In this document: positions 25,444 to 37,126 of the stretch, piece by piece
Position numbering within the stretch: position 1 is the stretch's first letter
How the letters are laid out: every line of letters starts with the position of its first letter
NCBI GenBank assembly: GCA_030390025.1
Contig: CM059433.1
Span: 28,212,001 to 28,276,000 of the forward strand
Length of the DNA stretch: 64,000 nucleotides
Direction: 5' to 3'
From: Squalus acanthias
Taxonomy: Eukaryota
Notes under the pieces: generated by a model
Databases searched by the model: none
The model's input: only the letters and a program-made list of their open reading frames with translations
What the model was told of the DNA's origin: nothing
Program-made: the position numbers and the translations under genes

Positions 25444-26169
25444 GGAAGAAATTAGAGATTTCGTAGATTTTCAGCAAGTATGGAGGCTGGGGAAAAGTGT
25501 GAGGGGAAGGGGAGAAAAGACTAAAAGGGAAGAGGTTTGTGATCGGGTGCAGGGCTGGAGTGATTTAATGACAAAAAGGCTGATGGTGCAAGGCATGGTT
25601 AACTAACCACAGACCCTCACTTGGTATCTGTAGATTGGTAAAATATAAAAAGACTAAATTTCAACAGTTTCTTGCCACTGTGCAGTTTCCAGGCATACAT
25701 TTTTTTGAGATCCTAAACTTGATTATTGACCAATTTAAAAAGGGGAGAAGAAATTCAAACTTGCATGGGAAAAGTCTCCTAATAATATAAGTGCACTGGA
25801 ATTCTCTCGAATGCTTTATTCTAATGGTACTCCCACAGCTTGTCCGATTCATGGCTGTCCTAGTGGCTTCTTCCCTCCTGTACAATAGTTCCCTGCCCCA
25901 ACAGCCTGGGCTGATGTTCAGGGAATAACATGAACAAATATAAGTAGTATACAGGATACTGACTGAGTGGAAAGACTGTGATCTCTGTGCCCGTGCTTTC
26001 TGGTGTTTGGGTAAGCTTTATAGGCGGTAATTTAAATTCTGGGAAATTTGGCTACAGTCAGTATTTTATTTTCGACGGGGTGAGGGGGACGAAATCTTGC
26101 TCGTGTTTCTTGTCTGTTTTTTCCAGAATAGAACCTATTAAGTTGTTCAGCAAAAAAAAATGATGGATT

Positions 26170-26605
26170 ACAGTTACATGGATTGTCTGGAGAAGCTGGG
26201 GTTGTACTCCTTAGAGCAGAGAAGGCTAAGAGGAGATTTGATAGCGGTGTTCAAAGTCATGATCGAGTAAATAAAGAGAAACTGTTTCCAATGGCTGAAG
26301 GCTTGATAACCAGAGGGCACAGATTTGAGGTGATTAGCCAAAGAACCAGAGGCAACATGAGGGAAAACTTTTTTACGCAACGAGTGGTTAGGATATGGAA
26401 TGTGCTGTCTGATAGGGTGGTGGAAACAGATTCAATAGTAGCCTTCAAAAGGGAATTGGATCAATACTTGAAGGAGAAAGAATTACAGCGATATGGGGAA
26501 AGAGCGGGGGGGGAGTGGGACGAACTGGATTGATGTAGGAAAGTGCCGCCGCAGGCTCAATGGGACAAATGGCCTCCTATGCTGTACTATTGTATGATTC
26601 TATGT
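26170..26605 (+). mobile_element. CR1 LINE 3' fragment
   Basis: FTQRVVRIWN motif and ATTCTATG tail. Confidence 0.85.
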
Positions 26606-26729
26606 AGGTGTCCAAGACAGCAGATACTTCCATTCTCCGCCTGAGATGCTCTTCAGTGCTCTCTCTGGAGTGCCTACTCTGAGAAGAGAAGCTAGCAGGG
26701 ACACCTATCACTGCGATTGTGTTGATTTG

Positions 26730-27162
26730 TTGGAGAATCTCGCAGCACAGAAGGAGGCCAGTCGGTCCATTTGGCCTGTGCTGGCTCTTTGAAAGAGCTG
26801 TCCAATTAGTCCCACTCCCTCTGCTCTTTCCCTGTAGCCCTGCAAATTTTTCCTTTTTAAATATATATTTGAAAGTTACTCTTGAATCTGCTTCCACTAC
26901 CCATTCAGGCATTGTATTCCAGATTGCAACAACTCGCGTTTTTAAAAAAAAACAAAAAAAAAACGACTTGTCCTCATCTCCCTGGTTCTCTTGCTAATGA
27001 TCTTAAATCTGTGTCATCTGGTTTCCGACCCTCCTGCCAGTGGAAACTGTTGTTCCTTATTTACTCCATCAAAACCCCTCAAATCTCCTTTTATCCTCCG
27101 AGTAACCTTCTCTGCTCTCAAGTGAACAATCCCAGCTTCTCTAGTCTCACCACATAACTGAA
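26730..27162 (-). mobile_element. CR1 LINE 3' fragment
   Basis: Same family as 26170-26605, opposite orientation. Confidence 0.8.
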
Positions 27163-28298
27163 ACCCCTTCCTTCTCGACCAGGAGAACACCCGAACGCAA
27201 CGTTATAGCGTCCTGTAGAGAGTAGATTATTTCTGGTCTTTCAAATAATCAGGATTGACTGCAAGCCAATATGGTGGGAATATTGTGTTTAATCAGAGTT
27301 TAAGATGGAATATAACACACTAGTTATACAGCAAAAACATACGACAGTGATGAGCAGCTGGTACCGGTCCTGATCGGACAGACGGCTGGCATGCGCGAAC
27401 AGTTCTCCGGCTTATGGCCTTTCTTCCTCTCGTCTAGAACCTCCAAGAATGGGTCCACTCCTGGAAGAGTGTTAGACCAGCCCCACTCTTGTATGGCTCT
27501 CCCCTCCGCAGTCTGTGCTAAGGGCTTTTCAGGTCTTTCTCTTATACCCTTTTTTTAGGGGTGGGCCTGGAATGGAATATTGACAAGACCATTTAACCTG
27601 TCAGGGTTCCTCTTAAACCAAGGTGCCCAATGGTATGTTGAGTTCTTTGTCTTAACTTTCAGATGAAAGCCCTCCCCCAAGGGGTCTCATGCTCTACCCT
27701 CGCATGTCTTTCCTGTTTATACATCCTGAAGGCTCCTCCATTGGAATTCATCTTATCTCTCTCATCCCTATCCTCCCTGGTACAACCAGTACAAGGGGCC
27801 TTGTACCCTCTTAATCAGGGGCCCATGTTCGAGCTGTCTGCTCAGCCCGTCATCCAAACTATCTCCCTTTGATCCAACAGGCTGCTCCATCCTGAGATGA
27901 TTCCTTAACTCTCATAAATTCCTTCTATATCTTTTATACTAATTAACTTTTAATTATCTTCGCAAGCAGTTTTGTTAAGCGAACTCCAGTTCCTACCTTA
28001 GCATTATAACATGGTTATTAGTAATGATAGAAGAAACGTAGGTGTTGAGCCTTAGTTGGTCAAATTAGAGATACATAAACAAAGTTGAAATCCTAACTTG
28101 AAAACAGCAGATAGCTAGCTTGGAAACAAGATTATATATAACTGTCACAGTGCGGAATGCTATAACATCTGCAGAGATTCTAATACTAGTCTGAAGAGAA
28201 TTTTTGTCTCGTTCTAATAGTCATGTAAATACAGTCTTATTCACGTCACAATTTCATTCGCATAACCATATACATTTTAGGTCCCCTAATTTCTAACA
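27160..28298 (-). mobile_element. Possible solo LTR
   Basis: Minus strand begins TGTTAG and ends TTTCA; TATA-like GGGTATAAG at about 27545 and ATTAAA at about 27288 on the minus strand; no clear TSD. Confidence 0.4.
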
Positions 28299-28851
28299 GT
28301 TCCAAACATTGAGTTGCCCAAAGGCCACATTCAAATAGCACAAAGTGAGTCATTTTGAAAATGAGCACTTTTTATTCTTCCATTTCTCCCTTTCCTCCCA
28401 GGCCTGGCCCAGTGCCATTCCAGAGTTGGTGGGCAGCAAATTGGAGTGCAGAGACACATGGAGTGGCAGGTCTAGTGAGGGATGGGGAATGGTGTGTGGG
28501 TGGGCTGCATAAGTACTGCAAGCCTGGACTTTTATACCATACTGAGGATAGTGTAACAGTGGAAGGCAAGCTGTTAATGGAAATAAAAAGGGGTAATCGA
28601 CACAACTTCACGACAACCAAACTGTTCTTGGAGGACTATTGAAGCAACAGCTCAAAGGGCCAAATGGCCTCCTCCTGCTCCTGTTATGTTCTTATGTGGG
28701 AATGCAGCTATTTTTTCTTCGGTAGAATTGGTGGGAACAGAGCTGGAAGTTTGTCATTGTCTAGGTTGGATATTAAACGGTTCTGGTTCCCACTTGGCCT
28801 CTCCGCTGCGATAGTTTCACTGTTAACTTTCTTTTCTTTATTGGACTGCAG

Positions 28852-28938
28852 TTAGCGATGATGAAGATGAAGCCCTCCAAAAAACAATGGCATTGAGCTT
28901 GCAAGAGGCTATGGAAATGCGGGAAACAGTTGATGAAG
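28852..28938 (+). CDS. ZNF451: ZNF451 penultimate coding exon (SDDEDEALQKTMALSLQEAMEMRETVDE), UIM-like
   Basis: Polypyrimidine tract plus CAG acceptor, GT donor; 87 bp, phase 1/1, open, joins both flanking exons in frame. Confidence 0.8.
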
Positions 28939-29774
28939 GTACACTCTTGATTTTCATAATTTATAGCTTTTGTAGCTAAAGTGTTCTTCCTGAAGGTAAC
29001 TGTCTTTATTAAAAGTACATCTTAGGCCTAGTTAGTAGCTCTTAAACCTCTGTGGGTTCAAGCCCCACACTTTTAGGAATAATAATCTCTGAGCACATTA
29101 AGAATAAACAGCATGATTTGTGTTTAAAATCATGAAGGATTTAGATAGAGTAAATAAAGAGAAACAGTTTCCAATGGCTGAAGGGTTGATAACCAGAGGG
29201 CACAGATTTAAAGTGAAAAGAACCAGAGGCGACATGAGGAAAAACTTATTTACGCAACGAGTGGTTAGGATTTAAGATACACTGCCTGATAGGGTGGTGG
29301 ATACAGATTCAATAGTAGCCTTCAAAAGGGACTTGGATAGATACTTGAAGGAGAAAAAAATGCAGGATATGGGGAAAGAGCAGGGGATTGGGACTAACTC
29401 TTCGAAAGAGCTGGCGCAAAGAGCTGGCGCAAACTCAATGGGCCGAGTGGCCTCCTACTGTGCTGTATTATTCTATGTTTCACAGGGCCAAGATCAGCAG
29501 AGGGGATGGGGTTTATCAAAGGCATGGAATGGGTGGAAGGAGAAAATGAGTGAATGGCCTTGCTTTCTTTTGAGTGAATTGGATCTCCGGATTCAAACAC
29601 TGCATCCCATTACTGTGTCCCCCTAGGATTCCATGCACTTCTATAAATAAATCTGGCTGCTAAGTCTGCAAAAAACAGCCTTCGTTCTCTGCTGGTGGAG
29701 AAACGCAACACCCTGGTGACCCAGTGGAGTTCGGGAACTGTGTTGAATTGGTTAGTCCTCAGCTGCAGTATTGT

Positions 29775-30305
29775 GGGCCAATTCTGGGCACCCCACTTTA
29801 GGATGGATGTCAAGGCCTTGGAGAGAGTGCAGAGAAGATTTACTAGAATGGTACCAGGGATGAGGGACTTCAGTTGTGTGGAGAGACTGGAGAAGCTGGG
29901 ATTGTTCTCCTTGGAGCAGAGAACGATGAGGGGAGATTTGATGGAGGCGTTCAAAATCATGAAGGGTTTTGATCGCATAAATAAGGAAGAAACCATATCC
30001 ACTGGCATAAATGTTGGTAACCAGAGGACACAGATTTAAAGTCATTGGCAAAAGAACATGAGGAGATGAGAATTTTTTTTACACAGCGAGTTATGATCTG
30101 GAATGCAATGCCTGAAAGGGTGGTGGAAGAACATTCAAGAGTAACTTTCAAAAGGGAATTAGATATATATATTTAAAGAGGGAAAAATTGCAGGACTATG
30201 GGGAAAGAGCGGGGGGAGTGGGAATAATTGGATAACTCTTTCAAAGTGCCGGCACAGGAACGATGGACCGAATGTCCTCCTTTTGTGCTGTAAGATTCTA
30301 TGATA
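29775..30305 (+). mobile_element. CR1 LINE 3' fragment
   Basis: QFWAPHFRMDVKALERVQRRFTRM motif. Confidence 0.87.
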
Positions 30306-30354
30306 CTATCTTACCAAAGGCATAAAGTTTCTTGATGTCTGTTATTTGTTTCAG

Positions 30355-30401
30355 ATGCCAAAATTGAAGAAGCCATTTTGCGCAGCCTGGAGGAAAAATG
30401 A
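30355..30401 (+). CDS. ZNF451: ZNF451 terminal coding exon (DAKIEEAILRSLEEK*), C-terminal UIM
   Basis: TTTCAG acceptor; resembles the human C-terminus DVELEEAIRRSLEEM; TGA at 30399-30401. Confidence 0.9.
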
Positions 30402-31168
30402 TGGGGATCGGGGGGAAAAACCCAATGGATCAAATCTGCAAGAATGCAGAGGAGGAAAGCAAACCGCTAGCAATGGAAGGAAGGAAAAGTGCACAAGTGT
30501 TCCTTCCAAGCCAGAGAGCTGGCTTTCTTTTCCAGATCACCGATGCTGGGAAGTAGTGTTACTCTTAGCTAGTTGTCAAGCAGAGTTTTTCACAGCCCCT
30601 GGAAGGAAGGAAGAAAGGATTAAAAAAAAAAAAAAAAAATTTTGCACAGCGGGAGAATAGAAACCTACATAAATGCAGAGGAGCCAGAACGAGTGCGTTT
30701 AAACCTATGGCAGGTTAAAGTGCTTGGTTACAGTGCCCATGACAGTGGAACCCAAAAAACAGTTTGCATTGGAGCTGTTACTGGTATGTTTATGGTGGAT
30801 CAATCCCCTTACTGTTCAACTCTTGTGTTTGGAGCAAGCTGCCTTCATCAGGGCCGGGTTTACTGGCTTCTTTCACAGATTAGCGATTACACAATTAACT
30901 GGCTTTTTTCCATTTTGTTTCCTTTAGCGAAACTTAAGATGTTAAAATGTGTGGTTGATTCATTCTGTTGAAATCTGCAATAGTAACATTCCAATCCAGG
31001 AACCTTCCCCTCTGCTTGCCTTCTTTGGTTTTCTAACTTGTCACTTTTGCGGGAGTGATAAAGACGAGCCTTTTTTAAATATAAATATATATTTTTTCAT
31101 GTTGTATGTGTTCATGAACGACTCTATCGGTTTGTTGAGATTTTATTTGGTGAGTTGACTGACTGGAA

Positions 31169-31174
31169 AATAAA
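31169..31174 (+). terminator. Candidate ZNF451 polyadenylation signal AATAAA
   Basis: AATAAA about 770 nt after the stop codon, followed by T/GT-rich sequence. Confidence 0.4.
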
Positions 31175-31399
31175 AGTTTTTTTTTTGTTTGTATTGTACT
31201 TCATTTTGTCTGATGAGATAGTCTATGGTTTATGCGCAGAGTATCTGCGTGTGTCGGAGTTCACCTCTGTGGTGGTACCTCTCAAGAAAGAGATCCTACC
31301 TCATCTTCTGTCCTACAGGAAAAGGGGGCAATCCTGTGCACAAATCATGGTTGTGTGTCTGTCACACCACCAGGCCTAGCGTTGCACCTTAGTGGGAAA

Positions 31400-31765
31400 A
31401 AAGGAACTTGCATTTATATAGCACCTTTTACGATCGTAACGTTCCAAAGTGCTTTAATGCCAATTCACCACTTTTATAAGTCTTACTGATGTAATGTTGG
31501 AATAGCCAATATACACACAGCAAGGTCCCATAGGCAGCAGTGTGATAAATGACCAGATAATCTCTATTTGAGTGATGTTGGTTGAGGTATAAATATTAAC
31601 CAGGATACTGCAATGAACCCCCCTGTTCTTTGAAATAGTGTCGTGGGATCTTTTACGTCTCCCTGAAGGGGCAGACGGGGTCTTTGTTTAAAATCTCATT
31701 TGAAAAGCGGCACCTCCAAAGGTGCAGCACTCCCTCACTGCTGTACTGGAAGTGTCAGTCTAGAG
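31400..31765 (-). mobile_element. Deu-type SINE
   Basis: Homologous to 10590-11040. Confidence 0.7.
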
Positions 31766-33076
31766 TAAATAATTGCAATCATGGCAGGATCTAGTGATTG
31801 ACCGAGGTCCAGTCTAACTAACCAGAAGAGGAATCGATTGCTTGAGACCAAAGCCTGGCCAAACTCGAGTTTTCAGCTCGCAGCTTGTGTTAAATAGCAG
31901 ATGTTCATCATTGATTCCACGAAACTTACGTCCTAGTGATTTTTGTCTTGCTCACTGTTAGCATTCAACCTCCTTCCTTCTAAGGTTCACAACACCACGC
32001 TTCAACTAAACACCCGACACTTTAGTATACGGAACAGACTTATTAACAGCTAAGACAAGGGATTAACTCCACTCGGATCAAAGAGTGGCTTTTTGCCTTC
32101 TAGTTCTATCTTTTGAGCCCTCTCTAGAACTGTTGAAAACCATTCTCCTTTATACACAAATTTTGCCTACATCAAAGGTACATGTTATAGAGAAGACCTC
32201 ATGAAGTCTCTATTCTCCAATCCTGTGAAGACTCTATTGGTGTAAACAGTTGTAGTAGTTACTCCAAAGCTACTTCCCTTAAACAAGACTTATTGACTTA
32301 ACTGTTAATGTCTGACGGCAGGCTTTATTAACCGTTACCTTTCTATGGTATAGTTAATGGAGATCTCTCCCTATGTTTATTACCCAAGCTACTAAAGTTA
32401 TACTTTAATCACTCTTTCCTGATGTCATTACTGTCATTTGTTTCTACTTCAAAGCCATCCTGTTAACATTGAAAAGTTTGTTGCTTCAAGATGCAAGGAT
32501 TATTAACTCTCCAGAATGTCTATCACTCACCAATGGTGCAGGATCAGAAACCAGCTCTCTGTTTATCACTTGCCCTTGGACAGAGATAAGTTGTATTGAT
32601 TGAAGTAAGTGAATTTGATCGTAACTATTGCTCTGTACACAGACCATAACATGGAATAAAGCAGCTTAACAATTTGAACCAAGCCTCATTTAGTGCCCAC
32701 TTGATCTTTGTTCAGAGAGATTGAAGAAGCATATGTGTAAAACACATGTTTGTGGGAGCTTACTGTGTGCAAATTGGCTGCTGTGTTTACTACATTACAA
32801 CAGTGACTACACTTCCAAAAAGTACTTCATTGGGTGTAAAGCGCTTTGGGACATCCTGAGGTTGTGAAAGGTGCTGTATAAATGCAAGTTATTTTCTTTA
32901 TCCAGGCTCGTGAGGAGATTTTCTGTAACATGCTGAGAAAGATATAATAATTGTATTTACATAGTGTCTTATCACATAAACATCAGATCATAGGCTCACA
33001 TACTCGTTCTGTCATCTTTTGAATTAGAAAGTTGTGGGTTTGACTGTAACCATGAACTTCAGTACATAATTTGGGC

Positions 33077-33995
33077 TGGCAAAGCTGGGTGGGTGTGTTT
33101 GCTGCGAGGAGGATACCGAGAAACTCCAGGATGATTTGGACAGGTTGGGTGAGTGGGCAGAAGCGTGGCAGATGCAATATAACGTGGATAAATGCGAGGT
33201 TATCCACTTTGGTGTCAAAAACAGAAAGGCAGACTATTATCTGAATGGCAATAGATTGGGAGAAGGGGAAGTGCAACGAGACCTGGGTGTCCTTGTGCAC
33301 CAGTCGCTGAAGGTAAGCATGCAGGTGCAGCAGGCGGTGAAGAAGGCAAATGGTATGTTGGCCTTCATAGCGAAAGGGTTTGAGTATAGGAACAGGGATG
33401 TCCTGCTGCAGTTGTACAGGGCCTTGGTGAGACCACACCTTGAGTACTGTGTGCAGTTTTGGTCGCCTTATCTGAGGAAGGATGTTCTTGCCATGGAAGG
33501 AGTTCAGCGAAGATTCACAAGGCTGATACCTGGGATGGCAGGAATGACATATGAGGAGAGATTGAGTCGATTGGGCTTATACTCGCTGGAGTATAGAATG
33601 AGAGGGGATCTCATCGAAACATAAAATTCTGACAGGTCTGGACAAACTAGATGCAGGAAGAATGTTCCCGATGGTCGGAGAGTCCAGAACCAGGGGTCAT
33701 AGTCTAAGGATAAGGGGTAAGCCATTTAAGACAGAAATGAGGAAGAATTTCTTCACCCAGAGAGTGGTGAACCTGTGGAATTATCTACCACAGAAGGTAG
33801 TTGAGGCCAAGTTATTAAATATATTCAAGGATGAGTTAGATATATTTCTTAAAGCTAAAGGTATCAAGGGATATGGGGAGAAGGCAGGTACAGCGTACTG
33901 AGTTTGAATGATCAGCCATGAGCTCATCGAATGGCGGAGCAGGCTCGAGGGGCCGAATGGCCTACTCCTGCTCCTATCTTCGATGTTTCTATGTA
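33077..33995 (+). mobile_element. CR1 LINE 3' portion (relatively young)
   Basis: ORFs 33136-33624 and 33662-33901 encode the CR1 RT C-terminus; tail ends TTTCTATG. Confidence 0.92.
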
Positions 33996-34159
33996 TTTCA
34001 AAGCAGTACTGAAGGTGTGCTGCATTATGCGAGGTGCTGTCTTTTGGATGAGATGTTAAACCAAGGCCCTGTCTTCCAGCTCCGGTGAAAGTAAAAGATC
34101 CAGTGAAGAGCAGTGAATTCTCTCAGTGTCCTTACCAGTCATTCCTCCCTCAATCAAAA

Positions 34160-34810
34160 ACAACTTGCATTTATATAGCACCTTTAACATAGTAAAATGT
34201 CCCATAGTGCTTCACAGGAGCGTTGTTGGACAAAATTTGACACTGAGCCAAAGGAAGAGATATTAAGACAGGTAACCAAAAGCTTGGTGGAAGTGGTAGG
34301 ATTTAAGGAGGGACTTAAAGGAGGATGGAGAGGTTTAGAGAGGGAATGCCAGAGCTTGGGGCCTAGGCTGCTGAAGGCACAGCTGCCAATGGTGGAGTGA
34401 AGGAAGTGGGTGATGCACAAGAGGCCAGATTAGAGGATTTCTCAGAGTTGGAGGAGGTTACAGAAATAGGATGGGGCGAGACCATGAGGGATTTGAACAC
34501 AAGGATGAGAATTTTAAAATCGAGGCTTTCGGGGACCGCGAGTCAATGTAGGTTAACAAGCACGGGGGGTGGGGGGGTGGTGGTGAGTGAATGGGCTTTG
34601 GTGTGAGTTAGGATACAGGCAGCAGTTTTAAATGAGCTGGAGTTGATGGAAGGTGGGAGGCCGGCCAGGAGAGTATTTAAATAGTCAAGCCTGGAGGTAA
34701 TAAAGGCATAGATGATAGTTTCAGCAGCAGAGGCGGAGATGGTCACTATTATGGAGATGGAAGTAGTTGATCTTGCTGATGGAGAGGATATGGGGTCAGA
34801 AACTCAGCCA
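34160..34810 (-). mobile_element. L2 LINE 3' fragment
   Basis: AETIIYAFITSRLDYLN motif on the minus strand; L2 tail. Confidence 0.78.
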
Positions 34811-35214
34811 AATATGACAGCAAAAACAACTTATCTGGTCATTCATTTGCCTTTAATGGGATCTTGCTCTGTGCAAAGTGGCTTCTGTGTTTGCCTACAT
34901 AACAACAGTCACTGCACTTCCAAAGTGTTGAAAAGCGCTGGTTGGGGGAGGGGGGGGGTTTGTTGATTTGATGGGTGCTATATAAATGCAAATTATTTAA
35001 ACATCTTAAAGTGATTTGCAGAATGAATCACTGTCAGCAACATCCTATGAACAGTAATGAGACGAATGGCCTGGTAAAGAAATGTTGGTAAGAATCCATT
35101 TCTGACCCAAAACTTCAGGGTAAGTTAATGCATCGGTTTTTACAGTATGCATGCTTTACATAGGCACATTTAAACTACTTTTTGTAGTGTACATTGATGC
35201 CCATAGGAAGTTAG

Positions 35215-35640
35215 AAAGAAAGAACTGGCATTTACAGAGCGCCTTTCACAATCTCAGGACATCCCAAAGCACTTTACAGCCAATTTTTGAAATGTAGGAA
35301 ACATGGCAGCCAATTTGCACACAGCAAGAGCAATGAGCTAATGACCAGATCATCTGTTTTACCTGTTGGTTGAGGGATAAATATTGTCTAGGAGACCTGA
35401 GAGAACTCCCCATCTCTACTTAGAAATAGTGCCATGGGATCTTTTGCGTCCACCTGAGGGAGGAGATAGGGCCTTGGTTTAACATCCCATCTGAAAGACA
35501 GCATCTCAAACAGTGCAACACTCCTTTAGTACTACACTGGGTGTGTCAGCCTAGATTATGTGCTCAAGTCTCTGGAGTGGGACTTGAACCCACAATCTTG
35601 TGACTCAGAGGCGAGAATGCTACCCACTGAGCCAAGGCTG
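35215..35640 (-). mobile_element. tRNA-head Deu-type SINE
   Basis: Near full-length copy homologous to 10590-11040. Confidence 0.75.
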
Positions 35641-35649
35641 AAACATAAT

Positions 35650-36387
35650 GGCCCAGAAATTGATCTCGCTCTGTTCCCGCGGGGGTAAGCCTTCCCCGCG
35701 ATGTCTCACCTCGCTTATGCTTTTTCAGATCCAGCTCGCACGAACTTGATGTTCCAGACATCAGCTGTGCTGGGCTTGCGTATCCCAGCGGCGTAGTGAA
35801 TTCGTGCGAGCTGTGGGATCACGTGACTCAGTTAGAGCCAATGGCAGCACACCATCTTCCATTCATAAGTCTCACAGCATGGCTGTGAAATCTATGAATC
35901 TTACACCCCCCAAAATAACAGCTAAACCTCAATCAAATTTAAAAAAAACCATCACATTAATAAAATAAGTATAGTTAATTAAATTAACAATTTTAAATAA
36001 AAAATTAAATTTTTGAAAAAATTTAAAATCTTTTAAAAAGTTATAAAAATAAACTTACCTGTCTTTAAAGTCTATAAAAAAGATATACCTGTAAAAAGAA
36101 ATTCAAAAAAATACTTAATTCACTACTTACCTTCTTAAAAGCGGGTCTTACTCCTTTTTACATTTCCAAAATCTTCCCTACTTACCTGCGCGTCCAAAGC
36201 ATGAAGTGCACAGCGTGCGCGCAGCCTGTAGCGCGCACGCGATGCACCCAGGCCTCGCCCCCTTTTCAGAAGAGCAATTGCCGGTTTTCAGCGCATGCGC
36301 AGGGCATGCAGAAAACCGGCAATTGGAGTGGGAATACGCGAGAGTACGCAGTGCGTACTCTCGCGTCCCGGGATCAATTTTCGGCCC
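35650..36387. mobile_element. Harbinger-like MITE with internal palindromes
   Basis: TIRs GGCCCAGAAATTGATC / GATCAATTTTCGGCCC; AAT TSD at 35647-35649 and 36388-36390. Confidence 0.72.
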
Positions 36388-36956
36388 AATGTAGATTTTT
36401 TTTTGTGCCATAACTTGCTGAAGGTGCAAGCTGATAATGGCGAGGGCAATGGGGCATCTGGGACCTTGGTGAACAACAGGTCCAACAGTCTATATCTCCT
36501 TAACCAATGAGATTTAAGGATCAAGAAAGAAACAGGAATGATGGAGAAGGAAATCCTGTGAATTAGAGTCAAACCCGGTACAGAAGAAAGAGAGGGAAAG
36601 AAAGATTGGATTAAGAGAAAAATGAGAGCGGAAAAGTAATAATGTTTTAAAAATTTCACTTTTTTACAATCTCCAATAATTCACACGAGAAAATGCAGAT
36701 TGCACCTGGCTAAAGTCTTGCTTGTCTGCTGGCAAGAGTTCGTTCAGAAGCTAGTAAAAAAAATCACCGGATAGAGACAAATGTGAGCGAACGGCTGTGT
36801 TTGAGTCTTGCTCGGCTCTGCATCTTTATTTTCCCCTGAGCAGAAGGATTGGCCCCTGGGGGTTTCTTCACCATGTTTGGAAATCCTCATCTCCCTGTAG
36901 GGTGACGAGCAGATCCTGCGGCAAGTGGAGCCGTTTGCCAAGTCTCCCAGAGGAAG

Positions 36957-36976
36957 GAGAGAGAGAGAGAGAGAGA
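36957..36976 (+). repeat. (GA)n microsatellite just upstream of the BAG2 ATG
   Basis: Direct reading. Confidence 0.85.
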
Positions 36977-37004
36977 AGTCAACAGCCTCAATCTTCTCCC
37001 CACT

Positions 37005-37126
37005 ATGGCCCAAGTTAAGGTCAACCACGCCAAGGGCAGCGATGCAGAGAACAAGTTCCTTCGCTCCATGTCCATGGCAGACCGATCGGGACGATTACTG
37101 GAGACTCTCGATGATTTGGAGCTGAG
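37005..37126 (+). CDS. BAG2: BAG2 exon 1 (MAQVKVNHAKGSDAENKFLRSMSMADRSGRLLETLDDLELR)
   Basis: ATG in ACTATGG Kozak context; GTAAGG donor; similar to human MAQAKINAK...SMADRSSRLLESLDQLELR. Confidence 0.93.
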
